The notes below the pieces were generated by a model, which did not search any database, was not told the DNA's origin, and saw nothing but the letters and a program-made list of their open reading frames with translations. From Paraspadella gotoi (taxonomy: Eukaryota; Animalia; Chaetognatha): a stretch of DNA of 64,000 nucleotides. The first letter of the stretch is position 1. Each line of letters starts with the position of its first letter. The stretch lies in contig CM119265.1 in NCBI GenBank assembly GCA_051294375.1, forward strand, positions 12,451,866 through 12,515,865. The letters are read 5' to 3'. The position numbers and the translations under genes were made by a program. This document shows, piece by piece, positions 25,017 through 63,338 of this stretch.

Positions 25017-28000
25017 AAGAAAAGAAGAAGTCCATTTGCTGCAGAGCTGAACGTTTTTTAGATGAATTAGAAGAGAGAGAGAGAGAGAGAGTCCAGTAAT
25101 TGGATATCAAAGCTACGGGGGGACGGACGGAGGGACATCTTTTTTGCATATTTTCTATAATTCAATGTTCTTAGATGATATAAGTGTCATGTCAGTATGT
25201 AGTCATGTCATATCGCGTCATGTCGTGTCATGCCCCGTAATGTCATCTCACGAGAATTACACGTGAAAATAAAGTCACTGCGGCGCAGCACTTGGATAAA
25301 CCGATTTTGTTAAATAAAATTTTTTTTTTATATTAAGAAATCAAGGTTTTTTTTAAATTAAAACAAAAACCCAACGTCTAATGTATTTCTACTACTATCA
25401 ACTCTGCGCGAAATTATGAGAAAAAAATAAGATAATTAATTTTGTAATAAAAAAATGAAATGACTAACAATTTTAAAAGTATGCTACTTGAACGAGAAAA
25501 CTTTTGATAAAGAAATTCAATGAAAAGAACAACAAATAAAATTAATGGTTATTTTAACTGTTGGCTCATACATTGTGTTATATCCGCTGCCAAACAAAAA
25601 AAATTATTCAGCATTGTTTGAATCAATTAAAGTACATTATTAGTGGTAGAGGCGTAGATTTTAAAAAGATTATTAACCCTTCAAGCAGTTTGTGCAAAGA
25701 TAATCCATGAAAATGTGAGCGCACCCTGATCAAAAATGTCAGTGCATCATGCAGCATCGTTTGAATCGATTAAAGTACATTAATAGTAGTAGAGGTGCGA
25801 ATTTTATAAAGATTATTCACCTTTCAGGCAGTCTTTGCAAAGATAATCCATGAAAATGTGAACACACCTTGATAAAAAATGTCAGTGCATCTTGCAACAT
25901 TGTTTGAATCGATTAAACTACATAAATAGTGATAGAGGCGCAGATTTTATAATGATTATTCACCCTTCAAGCAGTCTGTGCAAAGATAATCCACAAAATG
26001 TGAGCACACCCTGATCAAAAATGTGAATGCGTTTAGGGCTTTATCTTTGAAAACGAATTTGCGTTTATAAATAAATGTAAATGGCTTTTATTGCAGATTT
26101 ATTAACTCCAACGTTTCGTCCACATCCTCCAACATATGGAGAAAGCCTCCAAGAAGTCTGTGGAGATTCTTACTCACATTGTACTGATAAAAAATTGAAC
26201 CTAGTGTGTTTAGGCAACTAATAAAGGTCTTTTTGAATAAATAACTCTTAGTTTTTTTCAGATTAATAGCATGTGGAGAAAAATTTTTTTGATCTTTTTA
26301 AAGAGGTTACCTTCTGAAGTAGTGCGTCAATCAATACAAAATTTACAAAACTTTCTTATCATGTTCCACTTCATTTATTAATGCTATAATTAATATTATG
26401 AATAAGTATTGTGAATATATTTTACTAGTTTAAATATTCTGTACAGAAAAAATCCTCCAGGATGTAGCTACACCAATATTTTTGAAAACAGTTAATTTTT
26501 TTATTTGGAGCTACTAATTGTCAATAAAATTTTGTAAGAATACTTTGTGGTACTCACCTATGTCAGAAGCTATAGTCTTCAACATACCGGCTACTCCCAT
26601 CTCCATCAGATTGCTGGTGCTGTTGTTAAGCTCATAGTTGCAGTTGAGATTTGAAATTCAACATGAATAAACTTAATACATTTCTTCAACTGTCTAATGA
26701 GAGTGGACGCTAAAATCTCTCATAGTTTAGACACTATGAATTATGATGTGCAAGGTGTGCCAAAAATCCTTCAGCGCCGGTAGCGCTAAGGGTGTTGAAG
26801 CAATTTGAATGGCGATTGGTGGAAACCTATTTTTTTAGGCCTCCACAAATTGTGTTAGGTGTTCTTTGAGATATTTCAAACTTGAGAAATTTGGCACACC
26901 CTAGGGGACCTGGCCACTGGCCATGGGCCAGTGGAGGGGCCCGCCATTCTCTCGCCGTCCCTGCGTACCCCGTGTCCGTTCGCGAGTTATTACTCATCAT
27001 TACTCATCGGTTAAATATTTGAATTTTTTTTCTCCTATTTTGCAGCAAAGTAATTTTATAAAATTAATTCAATATTTACTTAAATGTAAAAAAACCTTTT
27101 TAAAAGTTCATCCAATTTATTTTTTATTAAAAACTGTATGTAAAAAGATCATTATAAAGTGATTCTTTAAAAGTAATAAAATTCTGGTAGACCATTAATT
27201 AAAGCATTAACTGGAAATTTTTACCGTACAGGACAGCATTTTTTGAAATTGGATGAACAAAGAAAACTTAAGATTTAAAAATTAAATTAAATATTAAATT
27301 ATTGTAAATATTTTTTTGGAGTCACTCGTCTGATAGTCTGATAGTCTAGTTCAGACTTGTCTACCCGATTTTGTCCTGGTGGATTTTAATCCAACATAAC
27401 ACGTACATAGATTTCGTGAGGTCCGCGGTCGACCTGGTTCCAATTTTGGGCCGGCCTCTCAAGAAATTTTTAATATCAGCTTCTTTTCCGTGCGTGTCCT
27501 TGTAAGCCGTCACGCCGGTCAGACCGAAATCAGGAATTTCGTCGTTAAGAGCGCCACACGAACGACGCCGGGTCGGGGAAGAGGGCGCCGTTAGAGGTTG
27601 GAGGGCGAGACTGGAATTTCGCCTCATTCTGTCGATTTAACGGGGAATCGTTTCTGTGGTTATCAATTATCAATTAATCAATAAATTAATCAAATAGTCA
27701 ATCACCGATGAAGCCTAGAAAATCGTTCTCCCAACGAGGCAAGTGAATCTATAAGATTATCTCTTTTCTCAAACGTCTGGTACATCTCGGCAGGCGAACG
27801 ATCGAGCTCGCGCTCCAGCGAAGAAGCCGCGCCCGCCAAGGTGACCGAAGTGGGCGCGGTCATGACGTTGGCGGCGATCGCGAGCGCCCTGAACGCCCCG
27901 TGAAAGGCTGAATCAAGTTCGGATGAGGATTGGCTGTCGTAGTTGGAACTGTCCTAGGAGTCGGGGCCGGTAGACGAGGCAATACATAATTACATATACA

Positions 28001-28269
28001 TTATAAAAATTATTCAGAGACGTTCATTTTTATCATTTTTAATTTATAATTTATTTTAAATATTTAATTTAATTTCAAGGGCAGCTACTTTTCTTTACCT
28101 CAAGACAAGACACCTTCCCTGTCGGAGAAGTTGCTATTATTGCAGGGAGACATAGTCTTCGGACGCCGTCGCCGTCGATAACCTTTTTGTTAATTAAGTC
28201 TTTGTGACATGTATTCTCGACAAATAATTTTGCCGTGTCCGGAAACGATTTGAACGTTTCTGATTCCAT
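22337..28269 (-). CDS. Uncharacterised multi-exon protein (copy B)
   Basis: Exons overlap ORFs 28075-28287 and 27361-27627, with further exons at ~27705-27955 and a terminal exon at ~22340-22485. Confidence 0.5.
22925..26903. mobile_element. Inner foldback element: ~1.15 kb left arm, ~1.5 kb core without a long ORF, ~1.3 kb right arm
   Basis: Termini TAGGGTGTGCC...GGCACACCCTA; TSD GAGGACCT/GGGGACCT; arms ~22925-24072 and ~25600-26903 are imperfect reverse complements. Confidence 0.85.
25610..26035 (+). repeat. ~143-bp tandem subrepeat x3 in right arm (x2, inverted, in left arm at ~23790-24070)
   Basis: TTTGAATC(A/G)ATTAAA recurs at ~25617, ~25760 and ~25903, with a conserved unit (GCAAAGATAATCCA...GATCAAAAATGT). 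Confidence 0.85.
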
Positions 28270-29264
28270 CAGTTGGACTTTCGTCAACCAATACAGTTAC
28301 GGCTTGAAGAAGTCTTTATTGTTCATTTTTTTATTAATCCTAAAAACCATTAACTTAAAATTCAGAAAAAAAATAAATGTCAACCGTTTCAAGCAGTTTA
28401 TTTTTAAAACAACGAAGGGAAATAAAAAAACGCCCGACGACAATTTTTGGTTCGTTTTTTTTCTTTGACGAAATAACATTTTCTGAGTAATAAGTTATCT
28501 TGCATTCGTTTGTGCGTCATAATTGTTCCTTCACAAAAAATAACAACAACAGAGGGACAACAACGGTTTTTATAAGATTCGAATTTAATAATCGATTTCT
28601 CCAATAATACTTCATAAGATTTAAGACGAGGGTGTCAAATCGGGCTGGATGTGCCTTAAATTAAACTTCGCTTGTAATTTTTGCGAAGATATAAGAAAAA
28701 ATAATGGAAAATGATCTTTTGTGGCGTCTCTAAATTCTTTTGGCTCGGAATTTGTTTCAACAGGCCATTCAAGTCTGACGTCAAGCCATTATTTTTCAGG
28801 AGAATAACCGAGAAAAATAACAACGAAACTTATTTAAAGCAAAGAAAAACGCACCAAAAAAGAAATGAAAATCTTGTTGAAAAAAGGAACAAAAGGAAAC
28901 TTTGACTGAAAAAAAGTGATGATTAATAAGTTAAAATCACTTTCTTTCGAGAAGAGGTTTACAACCAATGCTGCTTTGTTTTCATTTTTACGATTTTAAA
29001 AAGACAAAAATGAAAGAAAAAAAGTAAGAGATCGGGAATGAAACAAAACTTAAAAGATTCATCATAATAATTAAGCTCGTTTGCAATACAGAATCCAGAA
29101 GTCAAGATTTTAACAAACATTCTTGCACCCCATTATGGAATGTTATTTCAATCTTTTATTTCACTTCATACAATTATTGGTGAATATTGTTTTTACGTCA
29201 GAAACTATGAAATGAGGTTTTGATGTTGAGCAAAGTACAATATAGTATTCCCCGATCTAATACT

Positions 29265-29525
29265 TAAGGGAGTGGTCTTTTCATACAATTGAAACATTCT
29301 TTGAAACATTTTACCACTTCATTGATAGGGAAGCCAGGTACTTTGGGAGTGAATAAACGAGACTGTGAGAGAGTCTTAATTGAAAGCTTGCATGGACCTG
29401 CTATGTCATTATCTTGTAAGAGTGATGGAGGCCTTAAACCACCAAAGCATGTCCAAAGTCAGGGGCAAGATAGCTTATTTATTAAATGAATGGATCTTTT
29501 TATATTGGTTGTACCAATTTCATAA
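29265..29525 (+). repeat. ~260-bp dispersed repeat (duplicate-block copy)
   Basis: TAAGGGAGTGGTCTTTTCATACAATTG...GTACCAATTTCATAA. Confidence 0.8.
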
Positions 29526-30376
29526 CTAACTCTTTAAAACCATTTTATATTAGTCGTACTAAATTCTTAATTGTACGTAAGTAAGCTGTACTGTTTTTAA
29601 ACTTTTCATGTCAAACTAAAAGCTAAATTATTTTTATATATATTGATATAGTAATATTATGACATTTTTTGATCGTCAAACCATCTCACTCTGCATGCAA
29701 TGACGTCTCATGCCTTTATAAAAAAATTTTATCTCCGGATCGTCGATTGTCCAGTCGTCGACACGCGATGTCGCTTTTGCGTCATTGTCTTCGTCGAAAC
29801 GTGATTCGCCTCCTTATCATTCTACCCATCACTGTTTATCGCTCTCTCCCCCAATTCACAAGCTGTACCCTTACAAGCTAGCCTTTTACAGATCATCGCT
29901 TAATCCTCGTATTTCTAAACCCTGATCCGAATAAAAGTAATAAATTTAATTTAAACCAAAATCGCACGAGGATCACGACGTGTCGAGTCTTAGCCATGCC
30001 CAATACCTTGACCCCTTCTCCCCCTCCATGCTCTCTTTTGCCCGGTTATCTGACTTCCTTTGCCCCTTCTCTTGAAGAGGGCACGCCGTTCGCATCGGAC
30101 CAATCCCACCCCTCGACGTTCGCGCGCCCGCCCTTCCTTTCTATATTGACACGCCCCCCTCGCGTGAGGTCTCCGCGATCAATGGCAAAGAGACGCAGTC
30201 CTCTTTCTTTTTTATGTCGATTTTCTATTCGGTTTAAAGACGAATGCTAAAAAAATATTCACAATTCAATGCTACATACTGGGATATATAGCATCTAATT
30301 TCAAGCTTAAACGAAACCCTCTATCCGTATTTGTTTCAATAAAACCGATGCTGATGAGTGAGTAAATAATTAAATT

Positions 30377-33300
30377 ATGGAGGCGGCACCAACAACAAAA
30401 TCAAGAACGACGTAAGTTGAAAAAAATTTACGTTCACAATCTACTACGATCTGAGTTTTGTTGTTTTCTTTTATAAAATTTTTATTCCGGCTTCGTTTAT
30501 ATAGCAACGGTGACGGAGAAAGACGCGGGTGGCAACCGACGAACGAAGAGGAGAACTGGAGGCGAGTCTTTGACGCGACCTGGACGACGCCATCGGCGAG
30601 AGCGGCGCCGCCACCACCGCCGCGTCCGCTGCCTTTTACCGACAAAATGAATCCCATGTCGGCTGCCATGAAGAATTGTCCGGAAAGCATCGGGAAAGTC
30701 GCCTTGCTCAGAGTGAGGCAACGGAGAAAGCGATTTAAATTTGGCAAGATTGTCAAGTTTTTCTGTTCTTCCTTTTTTATTTAGGCGTGTTGGCTGCGGA
30801 GGCTCAGACTTACCCGAATGTTGGTCGACGGCGGTGCTGACGTAAACACTCAGAATCTTGACGGGTAGCAGTCTAGTCGGAGAAAATATCTGACAAATAA
30901 TGATCATGATGAACTTGTTAACAATTTTTTTTTGACGCAGCTTAACGACGTTGATGTCGTTGTGCTTGAGCTACAACGAATTGCAGGAGGACCTGCAGAC
31001 CGCGCCCATGGAAGAGATGGTGCGCTACCTCATTAAATCCGGGGCTAACGTCAACGCGGTGTCAGTACATTTATTTTACAATAATGAAAGTACTAATAAT
31101 AATGAAAACAAAACTAATGACAACAGCGACAACAACGGGCGAACGGCCTTGATGCTGGCGCTGATGCAGGATTGTCCAGATGATGTCGTTGAACTTTTGT
31201 TGGATAACACTGACGATTTCTTGAGAGGAGACGACGACGACAAATCTGCTTTGATAATCGCTGCGGAGAAAGGAAGGGCCAAGGTATGGATAATTTATTT
31301 ATTCTAATGTAAAATAAGATATTCTTTTGGAATGAAGTGTTTAAACACAATGTACTTGACATCAAAATGATATTTGAACGAAAAACTATATGTATTATCA
31401 GATCCTTGAGGCGATGACGGATGCGGCGCGAAAGCAAGGAAAAGAGATCGTCATAGTCGTACTTCGCGACCAAAGACGCCCACCCGGATGTAATTGTCCG
31501 ACTACCGAGTGAGTTCTTTGTTTGTTTCTTTTAATTCGTACGTATTTCGAATCATCGTTTCCATTTCATTTTAAATTTGACGAAGCGAGATGTCAGCGGC
31601 GGAGAATGAGGACAAAAAGGATAGAGGTGAGACGAATTTTGAGTTTGCTTTGGGTCTATTGTCATTATTATACTTTGATATCTTGTGCTTCTTTCCAAAA
31701 CTTCACTCCAGAGTTTATCGCCCGCGCGGACACCCTCTCCGACTCGACAATCTCCGACGAGACGGACGTCACGGTCGAGCAGACGATCGACGGAGAGGTG
31801 GAGGAATTCGAGAGAAAAGAGAGGATGAAGAAGTTGTTGAGGGCGAAGAAGAAGATCAAGGAAGAGACGAGGAAAGCAAGGGAGAAGGCGGGGAAGGAGG
31901 CGAGGGAGGCGGAGGAGGAAGAAGGAGAAAGGGGGAAGGAAAAGGGGATTGACGTGAGAGAAATGAACGAAAAGGAAACGAAAGTGAGCGAAAGAGAAAA
32001 AAGAAATAATAACGAAGAAAGGGAAAAACCTACCGAGGAGAGAAACGAAAATTTCGAAGAAGGGAGAAAGAGAGAGATTGAGGAAGAAGAGGGAAAGTCG
32101 CCCACGACGACGAGACAACGATCTAAGGAAGACGAAGAAAAGTTGCGCCAGGTGAAGGACATCCTGGAATCGGCGAAGACGACGACGTCGACCGCTATGA
32201 CGACAACGGCGCGCTCCAAGAAGAAATTGGATCTCTTTGAGGCAGATGTTCGTTTCGGGGCGAAAGGGGGCGAGGTTAATAGAGGGGAACGGTTCAGAGA
32301 TTGCGAGGGAAAGAAAGAAGAAAGAGCGGTTAGAGAAAACGACGAGGAAGAAAAGAGAAAAGGTGGAAAGGAAGGTGATGTTTTCTGCAGCACGAACGAA
32401 GAGTCGAAAGAAAAAAGGGGAGCGGAGTGGGGGAGCGGTAGAGAACGAGACGAGAGCGTTGGAGCCGTAGTCTCCGAAAAGAACGAAGCGCCAAGTAGCA
32501 GATGGAATCAGGAAAAGAGAGTCAACCCGATGCTGCCGATCAACGAAGACGAATGCTTCACGATGGCGCAATGTTGCAACGCTGAAGAAGGTGATGAAAA
32601 ACTGAAGCAAATAGAAAACTCACGATAGAACTAAGGATGAGCCTTTCTTTCCTCAGAGAACATCATGGAAACAAAATGTATTGAGTCTCGACATCAAACG
32701 TTTGACGACATGGCGAATCGTGACATGGAAAGAAACAGTCGTCCTAAAACAACTGACAAAGTCGACAAAGGGTCCAGTGGCGGCAAAAGCTACGGCAGTG
32801 ACAATGGAAATAGAAACTACAAAGGTGTCAAGGAAGAAAAAGGAAGAAAGAACGCCGTCGCCAAGATCCTTGAACGGAAGGGAAAAGTCGTTGCCGGGAT
32901 CACAGGTGAGGATTTGACGGAATTTGGAATTTATGGTGTTTGATGACGATACCTTAATATTTCGATTGACAGATCGGCCAGACTCTGCCGGGTCCGGATT
33001 TTCTTCCAAAGCGACCACTCTTTTCGACGTGCCGCAGAAAATCCCGAGGCCTCCATCGAATCTCTCCGAATCGTCAAGCGTTGTTGAGCCCAAAGGTAAA
33101 AAAAACAAAAAAAACAGAATCAATTAACTTACTATCTAATAGTAATAGATGATTATGACCTCCCGCTAACATACTTATATGCGCAACCTCAAATTATTTC
33201 TCTTATAACCTAAAACATAAGTTAATTTTAATTGACAGACACAATTATTTCAGAACCACAATACTTCGGTGTGGTAGAAATTCACAGTCGACGCGGATCT

Positions 33301-34511
33301 CTGAGGCGATCCGTCATAAAAGTAGACGTTGGTCGCCCGCCGAGTACGGGAAGTCGGGCTTCCACGCCCACCTACGAACCAAGTATACTATTTTGATTTC
33401 TATTTCTTTCGTTGTTCAAATTCAAAGAAAAAATTTATTAAAAAAACCAGATCGAAAAATAAGTTTCAACGAAAGTGTTGGTCCCCCGCCCCTATTTTTT
33501 TTTTTAGAAAAACATAATTTAACTTTCGATTCCTCGACACCATTTTATCCACCGGACGACCACGTACCTTACATAGCCAAACGGCGTTCCAGCTCGGTCA
33601 TCCCACGATGCGGCACGCCCCCTCACGGCCGCGATACGCCCAACGGCGGCAGAAGAGGATCTCCATTTCCGGATGTCGGAAATTCTGGTCAAAGGGCGGA
33701 GCCAAATTTAGCTTGCAGAGGGATGTCTCCCAGGGGCGTGGGCAAGATGATGGCGAGTGCTCATAGAAATTTAAGAAAATGGATCGCTCTTCGATCTAAC
33801 GATTATGAATGAATAAATTATTTAATTAATCTACAGTTTATCAAAGAATTTGCTTTTCTTAGGACAGGAAAGTCGGGACTAATCCGTTCTGCGAACAGTG
33901 GGTGCGTTCGAAAGAAACGCAAACAGGTAAGTCCACTCACGAAGTCATTATAAATATTTCAGGAGGTTTTTAATTTTCCTTCATTGCCAACGTATTCGGT
34001 CAAAAGAAGTGGGAATGCACAAAGGTTTTGGCGGAAGGGGAAACAAATATCCGAAGCGATTTTCCCTGCCGTCACAGTAAGTTGCGGAGACAATAAACAT
34101 CAACGTAAACGTAGAAATTTTTATAAAGCCCTCGCTTATCTACTCAGCGAACAATCTTGGATAAACGACGCCTATGCAAACTTGCGTTCAACTTCTTCCG
34201 ATATTCGATCGACAAGCGGATCGGGCGCCGACCCGCTCTCTGTTTACGCGGCGCTGTCGGAGCGGCGCGATCACGGCGCAGGCGGCCGCTCTGAGGCGCC
34301 ATCGGCCCGTATAGTGCGCGGCGGCGACAGCGTTACGTTTACCGGCGTTCCCGGCGGCGACAGCGTAACCTTCACCGGTGTTCCCGGCGGAATTGTCTCA
34401 AAATTCTCAAACGACATGACCGGCGTTTTTTGGAAAGGAAGTGGCGCCGTCGAGATTGTCTGCTCGTCGGAGCGACCACTCGAGTCCAAATCGAGAGGCT
34501 CGTTTAATTGA
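30377..34511 (+). CDS. ANKRD34: Ankyrin repeat domain-containing protein 34 family, multi-exon, with long charged/low-complexity C-terminus
   Basis: Spliced translation ALLR|ACWLRRLRLTRMLVDGGADVNTQNLDG|LTTLMSLC...MVRYLIKSGANVNAV|DNNGRTALMLA...KSALIIAAEKGRAK|ILEAMTDAARKQGKEIVIV matches the remembered ANKRD34 signatures (WLRRLRLTRLLLEGGA; ACKAKGKEVIII). The 3' exon structure is less certain. Confidence 0.82.
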
Positions 34512-35404
34512 GCCTTAAATGCGAATAATATATTTTCAAAATAAGATTATTAGTTTATTAAGACCAACATCGTCATCTCAAATTACCGAAATGAGTTTGC
34601 CTTTCCAATCATAATTAATTTACTGGAATGTGTCTGTCATTGTGTAAATTTATCGTACAGATTTTCACCGCTTTACTACATATTTACAGAATTTTAAAAT
34701 TTGCCTAAAACCTTGCCTGCACAATTAAATATTAAACAAATATCTACCCCATGATTTTTACGATTATTGGGCACAGACAGTTTGGTTATCAATTATTTGA
34801 TATGAGCGATAAAGTCAGTGACAGTGCGTTGTTTTAGAAATCGACTAATCGGTGTAGGAATAGCATTCTGAACTTCGAAAACACGTTTATCTTCGTCAAA
34901 AAAGGCTTTGCTAGTCTTTGTTTCAATCGATACATCTAGTGCATTTAAAACACAAACACAATCCCTGATTCAGGCTTGAAGGCTGAATCTAATAGAATTG
35001 AAGAAATTGAGGCTGGTACCCGAAGCGAAATCCACGAAATCCCACAGAGACGGCGACTCTCGACTTTGGGCAAGCATCTTTCATTCCCACTGCCGATCTC
35101 TCTCTCTCCCTAGCTATTTCGACTGTTTGACTTTTTCCCAGCGTCGAGGGAAGATTCGATTGTATTCTCTCTCGCACGCTGACTCGCTCGGGCAGAGAAG
35201 ATGCCGGGAGTCTGGACGGAGGTTCGTTCGGCACCTCCCGCTCGCGTCTCACGTGCCACCTGCTTACCACCAACGTGCTTGGCCTTGCTTTTTCCCTTCC
35301 TGGCGCAATCTCTTTCTCTCTCTCTCTCTCTCCCTCCCTCCATGCCTCACGTCATCTCTTCGGACCGGCTGAGCGTTAAAGGGACAATGATTCTTCTCTT
35401 TCTG

Positions 35405-35515
35405 ATTGGTAGACCCGAAGGACTAGGCTCCTGCGATTGGTCGGATTTTGGCCGCTCGTCAGCGATTGGTCCAAGTAATTAAAGTTTCGAATCGTGTCGT
35501 CGTCGAACGGACCAA
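35405..35515. promoter_or_regulatory. Cluster of CCAAT boxes upstream of ZMYND19
   Basis: GATTGGT with ATTGG starting at 35405, 35436 and 35465 (about 30-bp spacing), plus ACCAAT at ~35511. CACGTCA (~35348) and CACGTG (~35250) lie nearby. Also present in copy A (~18240-18355). Confidence 0.55.
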
Positions 35516-35805
35516 TAAAAATAATTCGTGACCAAAGGTGACGTCGAGTTGCAGAACTCGTCGAATCTTTACATTTCCTCACGTTGTTTATGTTACAGCT
35601 GTTGTGGCTGCGACCAGAGGCGAAGCCAAGGCGCTTCTTTTCTTTTACCCACCCGAATTTTCACTGTCGACCTCGGGTTATTCTTCGCTCCTTCGAGTCA
35701 CCCACTCACTTGCTAATAAGAAAAAAAAACAAACAAAAAAACAATCCAATCGAACGTGGGAGGATCGTAATCTTTTGACCGGAAACGAGATCTCCGGAGT
35801 TCGTC

Positions 35806-38144
<2,339 letters not shown>

Positions 38145-39768
38145 AAAGCCAGCACGCTAATTCTCTGCAGTTCCAGCGTTTGATGTGGGACGCGACACCA
38201 GTGCAGAATATTCATCGACTCTTAGAGTCTTAGCAACAAGTTTTTCTTTCTTTAAAATACTATTTTTATGTAGTATTTATTTCTTCCTTTTCTGTTCCAG
38301 TATTTTTTTTCGTCTTCTAGCTATTAATTCGACTTCGTTTCATCATGGTTTTATTGTCATTCTCATTACATATGATGAACTACAAATTGAAATGTTCCGA
38401 ATTTTTGTAACGTCATAGTTCGGTTTCATTCTTTAAAATAAAACCGAAAAAGACGTTATTTCTGAAGGTGATATTAAATATTGCGCGCGTTTGTTGTGTT
38501 TATTTTATTTGGGAATTTTGAATCATAAACCTTATTATTGGTGGTGATTTTAATTCTTTAATATTATTTCATGAGTACACTGCATATACTTGTTCATGAA
38601 GATTGGAGAGAGTTAATTAAGTTGATCTATATATTCCAAAATAAAAAAGCCCATCAATTCAGTCCTTTTGTATTTATTCATGATTGTAATTTAAGATAAA
38701 AATAAACTATCAACGCTGTTCCACGAGCTAGCTCAAACCAGCAATGATTAACTTCCGAAAATGTCTATGATGAATGAATAGGTAAACTGTATCGTATTGG
38801 ATCACTAACAATCTTTCTTGAAACTACGTCTACTCTAAAGATAATAATTAAGAAAACAACGTTTTCGTCAAAGAGAATAAAATTAAACCAAGAACACATG
38901 CGTGGAAGGAAAAAAGTACAGGTTGTTCGTTATATACAAAAGTGGAGATATTAAAAAAATGAATCTGAAGGACGTCTTCATAAAATACAAAATAGACCAG
39001 CACTTCTAAAATATGTAAATATTCGTTTTCAGTAGTCCCTTTTTTGGTCGGAGATATTCCCAACTTGCTTGTGAACATTTTCATCTTTCAGAAGATAACC
39101 TGATACGATGTTGTATTTTTAAATAAGTCATCTCGTCGGATTTGGCAGAGGCCTCAATTTCATCCAGCATCATTTATAATTAATATTATGGCTTATCGAA
39201 AACACGAAATGAAAAATAATAATGAACGGAGCTAATAAGCGAAATAAACTATTAATCGAAAAATCATATAAAAAGTATGGAATAGTTTATATACATTTTG
39301 AAAGCGCCATAATGAATATTACTAAAGTTTTATGCCACTAATACCGGTTTTATACTATTACAAGTAAACGGATATGAATTAAAAATACTTAAAAAGTTTT
39401 TTTCTTAGGGTTACACAATATTCGGACGTTAAAAACTAAACAAGTTTCTCCAAAAAATAAAAAAACCAAATATTAAAGTTCTCCCTATATAATTAAAAAC
39501 ACGTGATTAGTTTAAAAAAACTATTCGATTGTTCATCACAATGAATAGTGTCTCTCCCTCCAGTTTAATCGGCGACTCTTCGGGTCGTTGATTTTTCTCG
39601 ATTCCCGAAATTCAACCCTTAAATCTTTTCGACCAAAGAAAAGAATTATTTTTCTCCCGACCGGAAGGGGGCGTGTCCCTCGAGGGTCGACGCATCCGCG
39701 CCTCATGATTCCTTATCGAGGGCGTTTCCGGTTCCCGCGCGGGACAAAGTGGGCGAGTCTCCCGTTCG

Positions 39769-63338
<23,570 letters not shown>

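Larger units (their letters stand above)
22532..26963. mobile_element. Non-autonomous hAT-type element (outer), copy B, gap-free, 4.4 kb including nested insert
   Basis: TIRs CAGGGGCGGCGAGAG...CTCTCGCCGTCCCTG; TSD CATACCCC (22524-22531) / CGTACCCC (26964-26971). Confidence 0.85.

Noticed and set aside
25610-26035. CRISPR-like array
   Set aside because: Units are ~143-bp full-length tandem copies without unique spacers, inside a TIR arm in eukaryotic DNA, with no cas genes.
31552-32610. Long antisense ORFs (352 aa and 241 aa) opposite the ANKRD34 charged exon, and similar ones opposite the zinc-finger gene
   Set aside because: Shadow frames of purine-rich E/K/R codons, giving F/L/S-rich translations with no independent support.
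34989-35720. Minus-strand protein-coding gene between ANKRD34 and ZMYND19
   Set aside because: The short ORFs differ between the two copies, no coherent spliced frame was found, and motif content fits a promoter better.
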